Positions 39,831 through 50,970 are shown, counted from the first letter of the stretch. The stretch is 64,000 nt of DNA from Gammaproteobacteria bacterium (GCA_050298595.1 JBNKUM010000030.1:1-64000); one strand, 5' to 3'. A program made the numbers and translations. The notes: a model not told the origin generated them from the letters alone.

Positions 39831-40313
39831 GTGATTATTATCAAATTTGACAACAGCTTAGCTATCGGCGAATAGAATTTACTCTAACTAGTGAGTGTAA
39901 GTGTGTTTTGTTTTGAGTAGAAAAAGTTGTACTACCAGATACATCTTTGCTGCCGCAAGCATATTTGCTGGTATATCCAGAGTTAGTGATTTTCAATCTT
40001 GTTTGATTGTGTCCCTACGTTTACGGTTTGATATGGCTCCGCGAAGGCAAAACCGTAAGTTTCTGTTCAAATGCCTCCGTTAATCCTGATTGAAGCCGAC
40101 TGTCGCTTAAATTGTGAAGCGAGGTAAGCACTGGTTTTCGAGACACGTGAAACTGTAAAATTGGTCATTTACTGTGCCCTACTTTGGAAAGATGTTATCT
40201 CTGGCTTGCAATATGGGTATGGGGCTTTTATGATGCACACCTTTCTCAGTATTTCCCCCATAAAACCACTTTGAGTCCTGTTTTCATCCACGACTCCGAC
40301 AGATTATTTTCTA

Positions 40314-41891
40314 ATGCTTTTTAAACTTTTCGAAAAGAAAAACGGTAACTATAAAGACGATACCCTATCTGGATTGACGGTTGCTCTTGCACTGGTTCCT
40401 GAAGCTATCGCTTTTTCCTTTATTGCAGGTGTTGATCCTATCGTTGGCCTTTGGTCGGCAGTTTTCCTGGGCTTGATTACCTCATCCTTCGGCGGTCGCC
40501 CCGGTATGATTTCAGGCGCAACCGGTGCCATAGCTGTCGTTGTTGCCAAGGTTGTAGACATAGGTACTACCACTGGTCTGGAAATGGGCGTGGACAATCT
40601 CGGCATGCAGTATCTATTTGTTACTTTACTCCTGGCTGGATTCATCCAGTCCCTTGTCGGTGCACTTAAACTAGGTAGATTTATTCGATTGGTACCCCAC
40701 CCTGTCATGATGGGTTTCGTCAATGGCCTGGCTATCCTGATTCTGCTGGCCCAGTTTGATTCCTTTCGCGATGCAAATGGTAACTGGTTAGACAGTAGTC
40801 AATTAATCGTCATGGGCGGATTAGCGCTACTCACTATGGCAATCATTCAATTCTTTCCAAAACTGACTCAGGCCGTACCTTCTATACTAGTAGCAATCGT
40901 CGGCGTCAGTCTGCTGACTTACTTTGATGTGGTCAGTACCAAGACTATTGCTGACGTACTTTATGAAGGCACCGGTAGCGCATCGCTAAACGCTTCACTA
41001 CCCACTTTTACCTGGCCCAGTGATATAGTCTGGAATACCAGCACCTTGCTGCTGATTGGAGGAACTGCTGTAACCGTTGCTCTGGTGGGTCTTATCGAAT
41101 CACTCATGACACTTCAGCTTATTGATGACATGACTGAGACACGTGGTCAGGGCAACCGTGAATGTTTTGCTCAGGGTGGAGCCAACTTTCTGTCTGGCCT
41201 ATTTGGGGGCATGGGGGGGTGCGCTATGATTGGTCAAAGCCTGATTAACATCAAATCGGGCGGACGCGGACGCTGGTCGGGTTTTATTGCTGCAATATCT
41301 CTTACCTTCCTGATCATGGTGGGCGGCCCTGTTATTAGCCAGATCCCCATCGCCGCACTGGTTGGCGTCATGTTCATGGTAGTGATAGGAACCTTTGAAT
41401 GGGCAAGCTTTATGACTTTGGGCAAAGTGCCCTTCTCTGAAGTCATCGTCATTCTGGTCGTAACACTGACCACTGTCATCATGCATAACCTGGCGCTAGC
41501 CGTGTTTGCCGGTGTGATCGTCTCTGCACTGGTATTCGCCTGGCAGAGTGCTCAGCATGTTCGGTTGAATCCACACAATCTCGAAGACGGAACACGAATC
41601 TACAACCTTCAAGGCGTTTTGTACTTTGGTTCGGTACGTGAATTTTCTGAGAGGCTTTCGCCTGCGACTGATCCCGACCAGGTTATTATCGACTTTAAAG
41701 AAGCCAGAGTTGCGGATTACTCAAGTATGGAAGCACTGAATGCCATCACCGAGCGATATCGTAAAGCTGGCAAAAGACTGCGCTTGCGTCATCTAAGCCC
41801 AGAGTGTCAGCAAATGATAACCACAGCCGGTAGCTTGATTGAGGTAGAAGTGGCTGAAGATGATCCACATTACAATATTGCGCGGATTTAA
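40314..41891 (+). CDS. SulP/SLC26 anion (bicarbonate/sulfate) permease with STAS domain
   Basis: VALALVPEAIAF, GGRPGMISGATGA, GGCAMIGQS motifs and a C-terminal STAS domain. Confidence 0.92.
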   Translation: MLFKLFEKKNGNYKDDTLSGLTVALALVPEAIAFSFIAGVDPIVGLWSAVFLGLITSSFGGRPGMISGATGAIAVVVAKVVDIGTTTGLEMGVDNLGMQYLFVTLLLAGFIQSLVGALKLGRFIRLVPHPVMMGFVNGLAILILLAQFDSFRDANGNWLDSSQLIVMGGLALLTMAIIQFFPKLTQAVPSILVAIVGVSLLTYFDVVSTKTIADVLYEGTGSASLNASLPTFTWPSDIVWNTSTLLLIGGTAVTVALVGLIESLMTLQLIDDMTETRGQGNRECFAQGGANFLSGLFGGMGGCAMIGQSLINIKSGGRGRWSGFIAAISLTFLIMVGGPVISQIPIAALVGVMFMVVIGTFEWASFMTLGKVPFSEVIVILVVTLTTVIMHNLALAVFAGVIVSALVFAWQSAQHVRLNPHNLEDGTRIYNLQGVLYFGSVREFSERLSPATDPDQVIIDFKEARVADYSSMEALNAITERYRKAGKRLRLRHLSPECQQMITTAGSLIEVEVAEDDPHYNIARI

Positions 41892-41926
41892 CTGGATTAT
41901 TGCCGCCTGTCAAAAGTTCATGCCTG

Positions 41927-43864
41927 TCAAGCTTTCGAATCATCCAGCACAACCGCATTTCGCCCCGCCTTCTTAGCCTCGTACATCGCTTTATCTGCCC
42001 ATGTGATCAGATTGTCTGTTGTAACCTCCTTATCGAGAAAAATCACCACACCGATACTTACTTTACACTGGTGCTGGACCGTTTTCTCTTTTCCTGTGTC
42101 CTCGGTAAATGTTAGTGTATAGGGCTCGGCCAGAATAGCACGGATCTTTTCTGCCACATTGCCAGCTTGCAATGTAGATTTGGCCTTATCCTTATCCAGT
42201 TCAGTGACAACAACCACAAACTCATCACCGCCATATCGGCCAACCGTATCTACCTGTCGTACACAGCTTTTCAATCGTTTTGCTACTTCAATCAATAACA
42301 GGTCTCCAACGCTATGACCATGCAAGTCATTAAGCGGCTTAAAGTTGTCCAGATCAAGAAACAGCACGGCTGAATAACGGCCACTACGTGAGCCGGCCTG
42401 TATCGCATGACCCAGGCGATCGATCAACAGACGACGGTTAGGGAGTTGTGTCAATGAGTCATAAAAGGCAAGACTGTGTATCTGCTCTTCCACTAACTTG
42501 CGTTGTGTAATATCGACAAAAGTAACCACTGCGCCTAGCACAACACCATTATTAATGATGGGCTGCGACCAATATTCCACGGGTATAGCACTCCCATCTT
42601 TTTTCCAGAATACTTCATTCGTTACGTGAATTTCCTTTTTAAAAAATGCATTAAACGATTTGCACTCCGACTGTGGGTACTCACTACCATCTGGATATGA
42701 ATGATGTATGAGTTTATGAGCATTCTTACCGATAAGCTCATTGGTATCTTCGTAGCCAAGTATTTTCAGAAATGCACGGTTTACAAATTTGAATTTCTCA
42801 TTCATGTCGACGCCATAGGCTCCCTCCGCCATAGAGTTGAGTAGTGAGTACATTTGTTGATGGGATTCATGCAGGCTTGTCACATCCTGAGCAATACTCA
42901 CGCCGCCTATGATCTTTCCTTCAGGACTACGCGAAGGCACGCAAGTCATGGTTATCCAGAAAATGGATTCGTTGAAGGCAGTAAAATAATACCCCTCGTA
43001 ATAGCCATGCTCTCCTTCCAGAGCCTTTGTTAAGGCGGGCAGAAAAGACTTATCATTGAGCAAATTCAGATCCAGTCCGACAGGGTGCTCACGAAAGTTG
43101 CGCAAGGTATCTGCGAAGCGATCATTGCAGTAGGTGACGATGAGATTGGTATCGTAATACATAATGCCAACGGGTGAGTAATTCAGCAATAACTGATAGC
43201 GCTCTCGCGCTATATCCTCACGTTCGGATGCCTCAAGACGCAAATAAATGTTGTCACAAATATTGCTATTCATATAACGCGAGATCACGATCATAAAACC
43301 AAGATACAGCATGACAGCTATGCCCATAGACATATACAAACTGTTCCCTGCTGAAAACAGGCGAATGAGAATAGGCGTAGAAGCAAATACAGAAAAACCT
43401 ATAGAACAGGCAAGATCGGCAGCATATGAAATCACGCCGCCAGCCGTTAAACCAGCCAGCATGAAAACTAAAAACATCTGATGAGGTGGGTCGTTGGGCG
43501 GGAACATCACAATCCCTGCCATTCCCCACACTAAACCAACCGCAAGTACACCAACTCGAAATCTCAACATGCGTGCATCAGGCGAGGTGTTTTCATTCAG
43601 CGGGAAACGTCTATAAACAAAAACAAGAATGGAGCGAGAGATAGCGACCAATAAAATCAGTGCTAGCCAGATTATAATCACGCTGGAAGCGATTAGACCT
43701 TGCTGCTCATAAGCTAAAACCACCGCAAGCAATGTGCTGGTAATAATTGAAGTGTAACTGGAGGCTAGCATCTGCCGCAGCAGTGCAGCCTTTATCGCTT
43801 TCTGTTTATCCATATTAGATTTGAATCCTTCATTCTGCTTAATCCATCCTCTCAACCACATCAT
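41927..43864 (-). CDS. Membrane-bound PAS-PAS diguanylate cyclase (likely start ATG 43813)
   Basis: N-terminal TM bundle, two PAS domains, DSLTQLPNRR, RQVD I-site and intact GGDEF. Confidence 0.9.
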   Translation of the reverse strand: MMWLRGWIKQNEGFKSNMDKQKAIKAALLRQMLASSYTSIITSTLLAVVLAYEQQGLIASSVIIIWLALILLVAISRSILVFVYRRFPLNENTSPDARMLRFRVGVLAVGLVWGMAGIVMFPPNDPPHQMFLVFMLAGLTAGGVISYAADLACSIGFSVFASTPILIRLFSAGNSLYMSMGIAVMLYLGFMIVISRYMNSNICDNIYLRLEASEREDIARERYQLLLNYSPVGIMYYDTNLIVTYCNDRFADTLRNFREHPVGLDLNLLNDKSFLPALTKALEGEHGYYEGYYFTAFNESIFWITMTCVPSRSPEGKIIGGVSIAQDVTSLHESHQQMYSLLNSMAEGAYGVDMNEKFKFVNRAFLKILGYEDTNELIGKNAHKLIHHSYPDGSEYPQSECKSFNAFFKKEIHVTNEVFWKKDGSAIPVEYWSQPIINNGVVLGAVVTFVDITQRKLVEEQIHSLAFYDSLTQLPNRRLLIDRLGHAIQAGSRSGRYSAVLFLDLDNFKPLNDLHGHSVGDLLLIEVAKRLKSCVRQVDTVGRYGGDEFVVVVTELDKDKAKSTLQAGNVAEKIRAILAEPYTLTFTEDTGKEKTVQHQCKVSIGVVIFLDKEVTTDNLITWADKAMYEAKKAGRNAVVLDDSKA

Positions 43865-44186
43865 CCAGAAAATCCAGTGAGTTTAGCTTATCCATCGACA
43901 GCTTGATCGCAACACGCAGTGACAACCCTGCGTACTGTAATGCTTTGGCTTGAATCAGCGCATAAGTCAGCACTTTTTGCCTGCATTCATCTTCGCCACT
44001 AAGCAGTATCAGGTTGCTAACATGATCATGCTCGACCTGATGTCGCACAAATTCCACCCCATCCATTTGAGGCATATTGAGGTCTGAAAGAATCAACTCG
44101 TAGAAGTCGCCAGGATGTCCCATCGAATCCAGTACGGCCTGTCCGTTTTCGTAGCTGAAATTTATTTTTGGACTGAATTGAGTCAT
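43839..44186 (-). pseudogene. REC-EAL response regulator relic with internal deletions
   Basis: REC piece LILSDLNMPQMDGVEFVRH..LILLSGEDE is joined directly to an EAL-like mid-domain piece (AGLSLRVAIKLSM..L.SLDF). Confidence 0.65.
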
Positions 44187-44824
44187 TGATTATTTCCTTA
44201 TATGGGATTTTCAGATTCTACTCGAGCAACACGAATGTGTGGCCGATCAATGAAGTCATTCTTGAACGGGTGTAGAAACGTTGATTACGCAGTTGATGAT
44301 TGAGTTTTTTACGCTCATTTTCGATCTGTTTGCGCACTTTCAGCATGGTTATATACTGACCATCATCAATATTGATATCAGTTGTGCTGGCGGACTTGTC
44401 GAGGGCCGCTGGAAACGACTGCATATTAAGCATGGCACCTTTCTTCTCCTTAGATAACACGATGTTTCGCTTATCCTTAGTTCACGATTACCACGTTTCG
44501 AACTTTATAATGTTGGCTAGTACAGACCTGCACTCACTAATCCATGTTAGTTTCTCCTAATAATAGGCCTAACATGGGGATATGTCGAAATTTTGAGCAG
44601 GTTTTGTCGTGTTTTATACTCTGACAGTTAAAAAAGGGCTGCTTTCCTGTTTAACTACTGTGGTGAAAACTCGCTTAAAGAGTCAGAGTGTCCATCAGCT
44701 TTTTGTTGCTGAAGACAATAATCTACAGCTTCTCTAATGAGAGAATTGAAGAAATAGCCTGAACTTGCGAGGTATTATTTCACCTTAAAAAACTATTCTA
44801 CCTATACCTACAGTGAAGGAGTTA

Positions 44825-45042
44825 CAAGGCTTCCGCGTCCTGCTCTCGCCCCTTACCTATGTCCCTATAGGCAAGGCTTACGCGTCCTGCTCACGCCCCT
44901 TACCTATGTCCCTATAGGCAACGTGCAATTCAGCTCGTAGCGGAATTCACCTATTTGGTTTTCAGCATGGATGATGTTATTCCGCGAATGCATGGACGCC
45001 TACATGGACGTAGGTGTTAGAGCGAAGCAGGAGGCCAGAGCC
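44825..45042. repeat. Composite repeat: two tandem 47-bp units plus an inverted related unit
   Basis: CAAGGCTTCCGCGTCCTGCTCTCGCCCCTTACCTATGTCCCTATAGG at 44825-44871 and 44872-44918 (2 mismatches). Related CCTACATGGACGTAGG units occur at about 44999 and at 63304-63352. Confidence 0.85.
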
Positions 45043-45279
45043 GGTGCATAGGAGCGTGAAAAGATATTTAGACTGTAATGGTCCACGAAACAGTGAGTTA
45101 CCCTCTAATACGAGCCATCAACTGCGGAATCCAGGTTTAACTGTTCCAGACGTCGCCAGTTTTCCTGATAAGTTAAAGCTGCCAAACCTTAAATCATTCT
45201 TATAAAGGCATTGGTATAAGTCATAATTTACTTCAAACTATTACCGTGTAAGATACTGGGTAAAATCATCTAACTCAGA

Positions 45280-45900
45280 ATGCTCTTTAGAAGAAGGACA
45301 AAAATGGATACATCACTGATCATTTTCCTCATCGTTATTGCACTGATTATCTTTTATATAATCGGTATTTATAACAAACTGGTTTCATTAAAAAACCGAT
45401 ATCTGAATGCTTTTTCTCAGATAGAGGTTCAACTAAAACGCCGTTACGACCTGATACCCAATTTGGTAGAAACCGCAAAAGGCTATATCAAACACGAAAG
45501 AGAGACACTGGAAGCCGTGATTCAGGCTCGAAACACTGCAGCCCATAGTCTGCAGAAAATAGCTTCTGATCCAGGCAATGCCAGTGCCATGGGGGAATTG
45601 ATCGGTGCTGAATCAAAATTAGCTGGTGCCCTGACTAACTTCAATGTATTGATGGAAGCCTACCCTGATCTCAAGGCTAGCGAGAATATGATGCAGTTAA
45701 GCGAAGAATTGGTTACTACCGAAAACCGAGTGGCCTTCGCACGACAGGCATTCAATGATCAGGTGATGGAATATAATGCTTACCGCCAGTCCTTTCCACA
45801 AACTATTTTTGCCTCTACCTTTGGTCACCCCAAAGATGCCGTTTTACTGAAATTTGAAGACAGTGCTGCGATACAGTCTGCACCAAAGGTTTCATTCTAG
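45280..45900 (+). CDS. lemA: LemA family protein (likely start 45304)
   Basis: N-terminal TM; [23 protein letters not shown] and EAYPDLKA motifs. Confidence 0.93.
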   Translation: MLFRRRTKMDTSLIIFLIVIALIIFYIIGIYNKLVSLKNRYLNAFSQIEVQLKRRYDLIPNLVETAKGYIKHERETLEAVIQARNTAAHSLQKIASDPGNASAMGELIGAESKLAGALTNFNVLMEAYPDLKASENMMQLSEELVTTENRVAFARQAFNDQVMEYNAYRQSFPQTIFASTFGHPKDAVLLKFEDSAAIQSAPKVSF

Positions 45901-45915
45901 CTCCAGACCATTTTT

Positions 45916-47883
45916 ATGAATTTTTTTGCCTCCCAGGCACAGGCCCGCAGGAATACTTTTCAACTGGTTTTTCTGTTAATTCTTGCTGTCTGCTGTCTCA
46001 TCATACTGACCAATCTGGTTGTCATGCTGGCGATGGGTTTTTTTAAAAACTCAAAAATCACCGATTTTAATAGCATGATCCAGCACATGGACTGGTGGAC
46101 ATTCGGCATGGTCGGGTTGGCGGTATGGGTTGTGGTATTAGCCGGCAGTGTCAGCAAAATTATAGCTTTATCAGCAGGTGGGAAAGTTATTGCTGAGGCC
46201 CTCGGCGGTAAACTTGTTTTACGTAATTCTACCGATCAAAAACATCGACGTTTACTCAATGTAGTCACTGAGATGGCGATAGCATCCGGTACTGCTGTAC
46301 CGCCCGTTTACATCATGCCACAGGAGCGCGGTATTAATGCCTTCGCGGCTGGCTACTCCAGCCGTGATGCCGTGATTAGTGTCACTCAGGGTCTGGTTGA
46401 TCATTTAAGCCGTGAACAGTTACAGGGCGTTATCGCGCATGAGTTCAGTCATATCTTTAATGGAGATATGCGACTTAATATCCAGTTGACAGGCACTTTA
46501 AATGGCATTCTGATCATCGGCATCATTGGTTATGAATTACTGCGTTTACCATTTAGAGGATCGAGTTTTAGCACAAGAAGCAGAAGCCGTACTAGCGGAG
46601 GCGGAGATGCCAAACTCACCTTTTTCCTGGTCGCTCTGGGACTAAGTCTGATGATTATTGGGTACACTGGAACCTTTTTTGGGAATATGATCAAGGCCGC
46701 AGTCAGCCGACAACGTGAATATCTTGCTGATGCATCTGCCGTACAGTTTACCCGTAATCCTAAAGGACTTGCTGGGGCATTAAAACGAATTGGTGGATTA
46801 GAAACCGGCTCACGTATGCAAACCTCTGCCGCTGTCGAAATCAGCCATGCCTTTTTTGCACAGGGTATTTCCAACTTTCTCGAATCGCTGTTTGCCACGC
46901 ATCCTCCGCTGATTAAACGTATAAGGCGAATTGATCCCTACTGGAATGGACATTTCATCACCAAAGACAGAGAAGATACAGAAAAGGCGAACAGAAGTTT
47001 CAACCCATCGGTATCTTCTTTTGCGGGAGATTCCTCGCTAGCACCATCGACTACTAGCCAGGATTTAAATCAGACTATTCTAGCTGCAGGCGAGCTAACC
47101 CAGCAATCCATAGAACTCGCGCGTACCCTGTTATCAGGCATCTCTGCCAATATACGTCAAACAGCTGCCGAGCCATTTGGTGCCAGGGCCGTAGTTTATG
47201 CTCTACTATTAGATAAAGCATATCCCGTTCGAGTCAAACAACTGGAGCAGTTGCAATACCATGCCGAGCGCGAGGTTTACCTGTTAACGCAGAAAATCAT
47301 GACAGAGATGGATGCCCTGGATTTTCGTCTGCGCCTGCCCCTGATAGATATCACGATCCCTGTACTGAAACAGCTTTCTAACTATCAATACCAGGACTTC
47401 CGAGATAATGTATCTTCTCTCATGAATGCCGATGGGAAAATAGACCTGATGGAGTGGTCGCTACAGAAGATTCTGTTCAATCATTTAGACCAGCATTTTC
47501 ATAATCAACCAAAACTCAGGGTTAAATCTCCCAGGTTATCACAGCTAAAAGTAGAGGTTAGCGTTATGCTATCCTTACTGGCTATAGCGGGTCATAGCCG
47601 AATTGAACTGGCTAGAGCAGCCTTTAACGCAGCAATGACTCATCTTAAACTCGAGCATGTTGACTTCATTGAACAAAAAAAGATGAAGCTGTCGGCAATA
47701 GATAACGCCCTGAAGAAATTACAGCACATGTCTTTAATGCATAAAATGACTTTGCTCGAGGCCTGTATATTATGCATTGAACAGGACCAGATTAGTTCCA
47801 GCAGAGAGGTTGAATTATTGCGCGCTTTTTCATCCGCTATAGATTGCCCTATTCCTGTAGTGGTTCAATCATCAACACAATAG
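45916..47883 (+). CDS. M48 (HtpX-like) membrane zinc metallopeptidase with C-terminal extension
   Basis: INAFAAG, AHEFSH, SRQREYLADASAV and ATHPPL motifs. Confidence 0.92.
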   Translation: MNFFASQAQARRNTFQLVFLLILAVCCLIILTNLVVMLAMGFFKNSKITDFNSMIQHMDWWTFGMVGLAVWVVVLAGSVSKIIALSAGGKVIAEALGGKLVLRNSTDQKHRRLLNVVTEMAIASGTAVPPVYIMPQERGINAFAAGYSSRDAVISVTQGLVDHLSREQLQGVIAHEFSHIFNGDMRLNIQLTGTLNGILIIGIIGYELLRLPFRGSSFSTRSRSRTSGGGDAKLTFFLVALGLSLMIIGYTGTFFGNMIKAAVSRQREYLADASAVQFTRNPKGLAGALKRIGGLETGSRMQTSAAVEISHAFFAQGISNFLESLFATHPPLIKRIRRIDPYWNGHFITKDREDTEKANRSFNPSVSSFAGDSSLAPSTTSQDLNQTILAAGELTQQSIELARTLLSGISANIRQTAAEPFGARAVVYALLLDKAYPVRVKQLEQLQYHAEREVYLLTQKIMTEMDALDFRLRLPLIDITIPVLKQLSNYQYQDFRDNVSSLMNADGKIDLMEWSLQKILFNHLDQHFHNQPKLRVKSPRLSQLKVEVSVMLSLLAIAGHSRIELARAAFNAAMTHLKLEHVDFIEQKKMKLSAIDNALKKLQHMSLMHKMTLLEACILCIEQDQISSSREVELLRAFSSAIDCPIPVVVQSSTQ

Positions 47884-47885
47884 GA

Positions 47886-48155
47886 TTATGTAAAGGCATT
47901 AAAAGCAATAATGGTATGCGTATCCCGAATACCTGGAATACTATGAATCTGTGTTTCTACATAACGACCGATATCTTCAGAATCACTAAGATAACACTTC
48001 GCCATTAAATCGTACTGACCTGAAATCGAAAAAACCTCTGAAACACTGTCACGTTCAACCAGCTCGGCAGCGACTTCATAAGCCTTGCCCAGTTCACATT
48101 TTAATTGTACGAATATGGCTTGCATGTAACTTTCCTGAAATAGATTTGTTTCCAT
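47886..48155 (-). CDS. Stand-alone Lrp/AsnC ligand-binding (RAM) domain protein (likely start 48125)
   Basis: SEVFSISGQYDL..I.SIPGIRDTHT pattern with no HTH domain. Confidence 0.82.
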   Translation of the reverse strand: METNLFQESYMQAIFVQLKCELGKAYEVAAELVERDSVSEVFSISGQYDLMAKCYLSDSEDIGRYVETQIHSIPGIRDTHTIIAFNAFT

Positions 48156-48307
48156 AGCAGTATAAACCAGCAGATATTTTGGTCAATCAAGGAAATCGTG
48201 CGAAGCTGAATTAAAGCGAGCTCGTGAGCAGTTCAAACTGCACCCTGATTAATGCCTCTGAGGAAAACATCACCTTAGGTCTATATCTTGTGATTTAAGG
48301 CATCTTT

Positions 48308-50557
48308 TTACAAACCCTGTATATATTGTGCATTAGTCGATACGCTAATGTGATTACTTATTTGTTGTCGCGCCTGGTTAGCACCGTTTATCAGGTTTTC
48401 AAAGTATGTGACCAGTTTCGCTTTATCCTGCTCGCGCCCGGAACCAGCAGCTATATTCGTCAGATCAATAAAAAACTCGTCAAATAAATCGGCAAGATCG
48501 CTCACTATGTCCAGATTTAAGAACTGCTCATGATTATAGATACTGGGATATCCCCCCCTTTGTTTATCTACGGCAAAAGAAACACCTTTGATATTGGTAA
48601 TAGTGGTAGATTTTTTACATGTCAGCATACAAGCATCATCGATGCTGGGCTTTTTACAACCTACAGTTTGCTGGAAAAAACACTGGCGACTGGTCATCAT
48701 CAAAATCGGATGATAAATGCTATAAAGCAGTTTGAAATTGTCCGGACGTGCAATATTTTTGATTTGCATACGATTAATTTCGTTTGAAATAAAGGCTCCT
48801 GCACACTGTAATTCTTCTTTCAAGGTTAACAATGCATAAGAGTTGGTTGTGTTGAGGAATGGACCAGCAATCCACTCGATACCCATTTCAAATGCCTTAT
48901 AGGCAATGCCGGTATTATTACTGACGATTCGTTTTGGACGAACCTGTTTAAGGATTCTCACAGATTCGTCGTAATCTTTACCAATTAATACTGCAGGAAA
49001 CCATGGAATCAGGCGAGGATTGTGCAATAAGATATCAATGTGTTTATTGCAGCCTTTTTTGAGACTTTCCGGCAACTTGAAATACACATCAGCGTCAGTT
49101 AGATCAGACAGATGCATATCTTTTTCATCGGCAATTAGTATCGACAATGTCGGATTAATAGCCGTTTTTTTATGCTTATCTAACGCAGGCACATCGACAA
49201 AAGGAATAATTTCTACTGAATTTTTTAATAATGAAGTCGCCTGTTTTTTCAATTGGGTTAGTTCCTTAAACGGAATAGTTAAGCCATCATCAAGACCATA
49301 GTATTCAATATCTTTAATGCTGTAATTGTTGCGGGCCAGGTTTTTGAATTGCTTTTCTAAAGCAACCTGATTGATAGGCTTTTGACTGGCAGGTCGGAGC
49401 AGCGATGTAGTTTGCAAGCTGAAAACCTTGTTGTCATCACCTACTGTCATAGTCAGGCAAAGAGGCTCGTTCAATTGACCAGAAAAAGCTAATACTAGCG
49501 GTTGTTTAGCAATGCTGAGATTTTGAATTTTTTCTGCGAGATCTGCCCCGAGTTCATTTTTCTTCCTGTGAAGTTCATCTCTTACATGCTGAATATCCTT
49601 CACCAGTACAGCATGACTTTTCTCAATAGCATGTTGAACACTATGATCACGCGGATTGTCGATAAACATATCTTTGCTGAGGTTGCCCTTTAAAAAAGCG
49701 TTGGTGAAATCACGATTAAAAACGCGGTGCAAGTTAGAGTCATCCGTCAACAGATTTCCTGTATTAACAAACTCGTCGATTTGCTTTCGCCAGCTATCAA
49801 CTACGGTATAAACATAGTGTGCATTTTTGATACGACCTTCAATTTTCAAAGAGTCAACTTCAGCATCAACTAAAGCTGGTAGATCAAAATATACAGAATT
49901 GTCTTTCAGATTGAGAGGGAAACGATTGCCCGCCGCAGTTATTTCATATTCATCACGACATGCCTGGCTACAACTTCCACGGTTACCTGAGTTGCCAACG
50001 CTGACCGAACTGGAATAACACTGTCCAGAAAATGCAATACAAAGTGCACCATGTACAAAAACCTCGGTTTGTACGCTGTGTTTGTGGGCCAATGCCGTCA
50101 ATGATTTAATTTCGTCAATATTTAATTCACGCGACAGGTTAACGCGAGATGCTCCGATTTTTTTCAGGAATAATATCTGACCTTCGTTAAGCGTTGTCAG
50201 TTGGGTAGAGGCATGAATATTGATGGAAGGAAAATATTTCTTTACCAGATTAAAAATGCCCAGATCCTGTACGATAATTCCATCGATACCAGAATTGACC
50301 AGCTTGTTCAGTAGTTTGATCAAGCTGGGAATCTCTCGTTCCAGGATAACCACGTTTAAGGTCAAAAACACACTACAATCGTACTTGTGTGCTAAAACTA
50401 TGATGCCCGATAAGTCATCAAAACTAAGGTTAGAGGCCCGGTTCCGAGCGTTAAAGTTATCCAGTCCACAATAGACTGCATTCGCACCAGCAACAATGGC
50501 TGCTTTAATGGCTTCAACATCGCCACCGGGCGCTAATAATTCAATATTTCTTTTCAT
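48308..50557 (-). CDS. Peptidase U32 family protein (RlhA-like Fe-S RNA hydroxylase)
   Basis: ELLAPGG, HASTQ, EVFVHGALC..SGQC..NRGSCSQACR and LKIEGR motifs. Confidence 0.85.
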   Translation of the reverse strand: MKRNIELLAPGGDVEAIKAAIVAGANAVYCGLDNFNARNRASNLSFDDLSGIIVLAHKYDCSVFLTLNVVILEREIPSLIKLLNKLVNSGIDGIIVQDLGIFNLVKKYFPSINIHASTQLTTLNEGQILFLKKIGASRVNLSRELNIDEIKSLTALAHKHSVQTEVFVHGALCIAFSGQCYSSSVSVGNSGNRGSCSQACRDEYEITAAGNRFPLNLKDNSVYFDLPALVDAEVDSLKIEGRIKNAHYVYTVVDSWRKQIDEFVNTGNLLTDDSNLHRVFNRDFTNAFLKGNLSKDMFIDNPRDHSVQHAIEKSHAVLVKDIQHVRDELHRKKNELGADLAEKIQNLSIAKQPLVLAFSGQLNEPLCLTMTVGDDNKVFSLQTTSLLRPASQKPINQVALEKQFKNLARNNYSIKDIEYYGLDDGLTIPFKELTQLKKQATSLLKNSVEIIPFVDVPALDKHKKTAINPTLSILIADEKDMHLSDLTDADVYFKLPESLKKGCNKHIDILLHNPRLIPWFPAVLIGKDYDESVRILKQVRPKRIVSNNTGIAYKAFEMGIEWIAGPFLNTTNSYALLTLKEELQCAGAFISNEINRMQIKNIARPDNFKLLYSIYHPILMMTSRQCFFQQTVGCKKPSIDDACMLTCKKSTTITNIKGVSFAVDKQRGGYPSIYNHEQFLNLDIVSDLADLFDEFFIDLTNIAAGSGREQDKAKLVTYFENLINGANQARQQISNHISVSTNAQYIQGL

Positions 50558-50970
50558 GTTGCGAATTACATAATTCCAGATAATACTTAACAGGCTAGTT
50601 TGTTTTGGGTTGGCATAATAGATAGGGAATACAATCTTCGGGGCACAATTTACAACCTTAGGGCTGGCCTTACGTTTTACATAGGAGTTGCTTAAGCTTT
50701 TACAGCCCGACTTACCATTGCATAGCTGTAGTCAAAATACTCCCCCTACCTGCTCCAGGATATATTGCCAGTTAAGCCAGGCTTTTGCCATGCTGTATTT
50801 CTCACTACAGCCTTCTCATCGTAATCGCCAGGTGATTAGTGTGATACCTGTTCCTTTTTCTTGGAATATCCTTGAAAGACAAGCCTGAACATATTTTTAC
50901 CCTATTTCGCCAACATCTGTGATTAAATAATCGATTTTCCTGGCTTATAGATGGCAATAGCATTCAGAAT

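Noticed and set aside
39560-40300. Chromosomal oriC
   Set aside because: Only three clustered DnaA boxes, no obvious GATC-rich 13-mer unwinding region, and none of the usual dnaA, mnmG or mioC neighbours.
44218-44460. 80-aa ORF upstream of the REC-EAL relic
   Set aside because: No recognisable domain; may be further pseudogene debris.
44825-44918. CRISPR array
   Set aside because: Two abutting 47-bp units with no spacers and no cas genes; the unit belongs to a dispersed repeat family.
50600-50960. Possible decayed gene between the U32 and PLP-enzyme genes
   Set aside because: No frame gave a motif I could assign.
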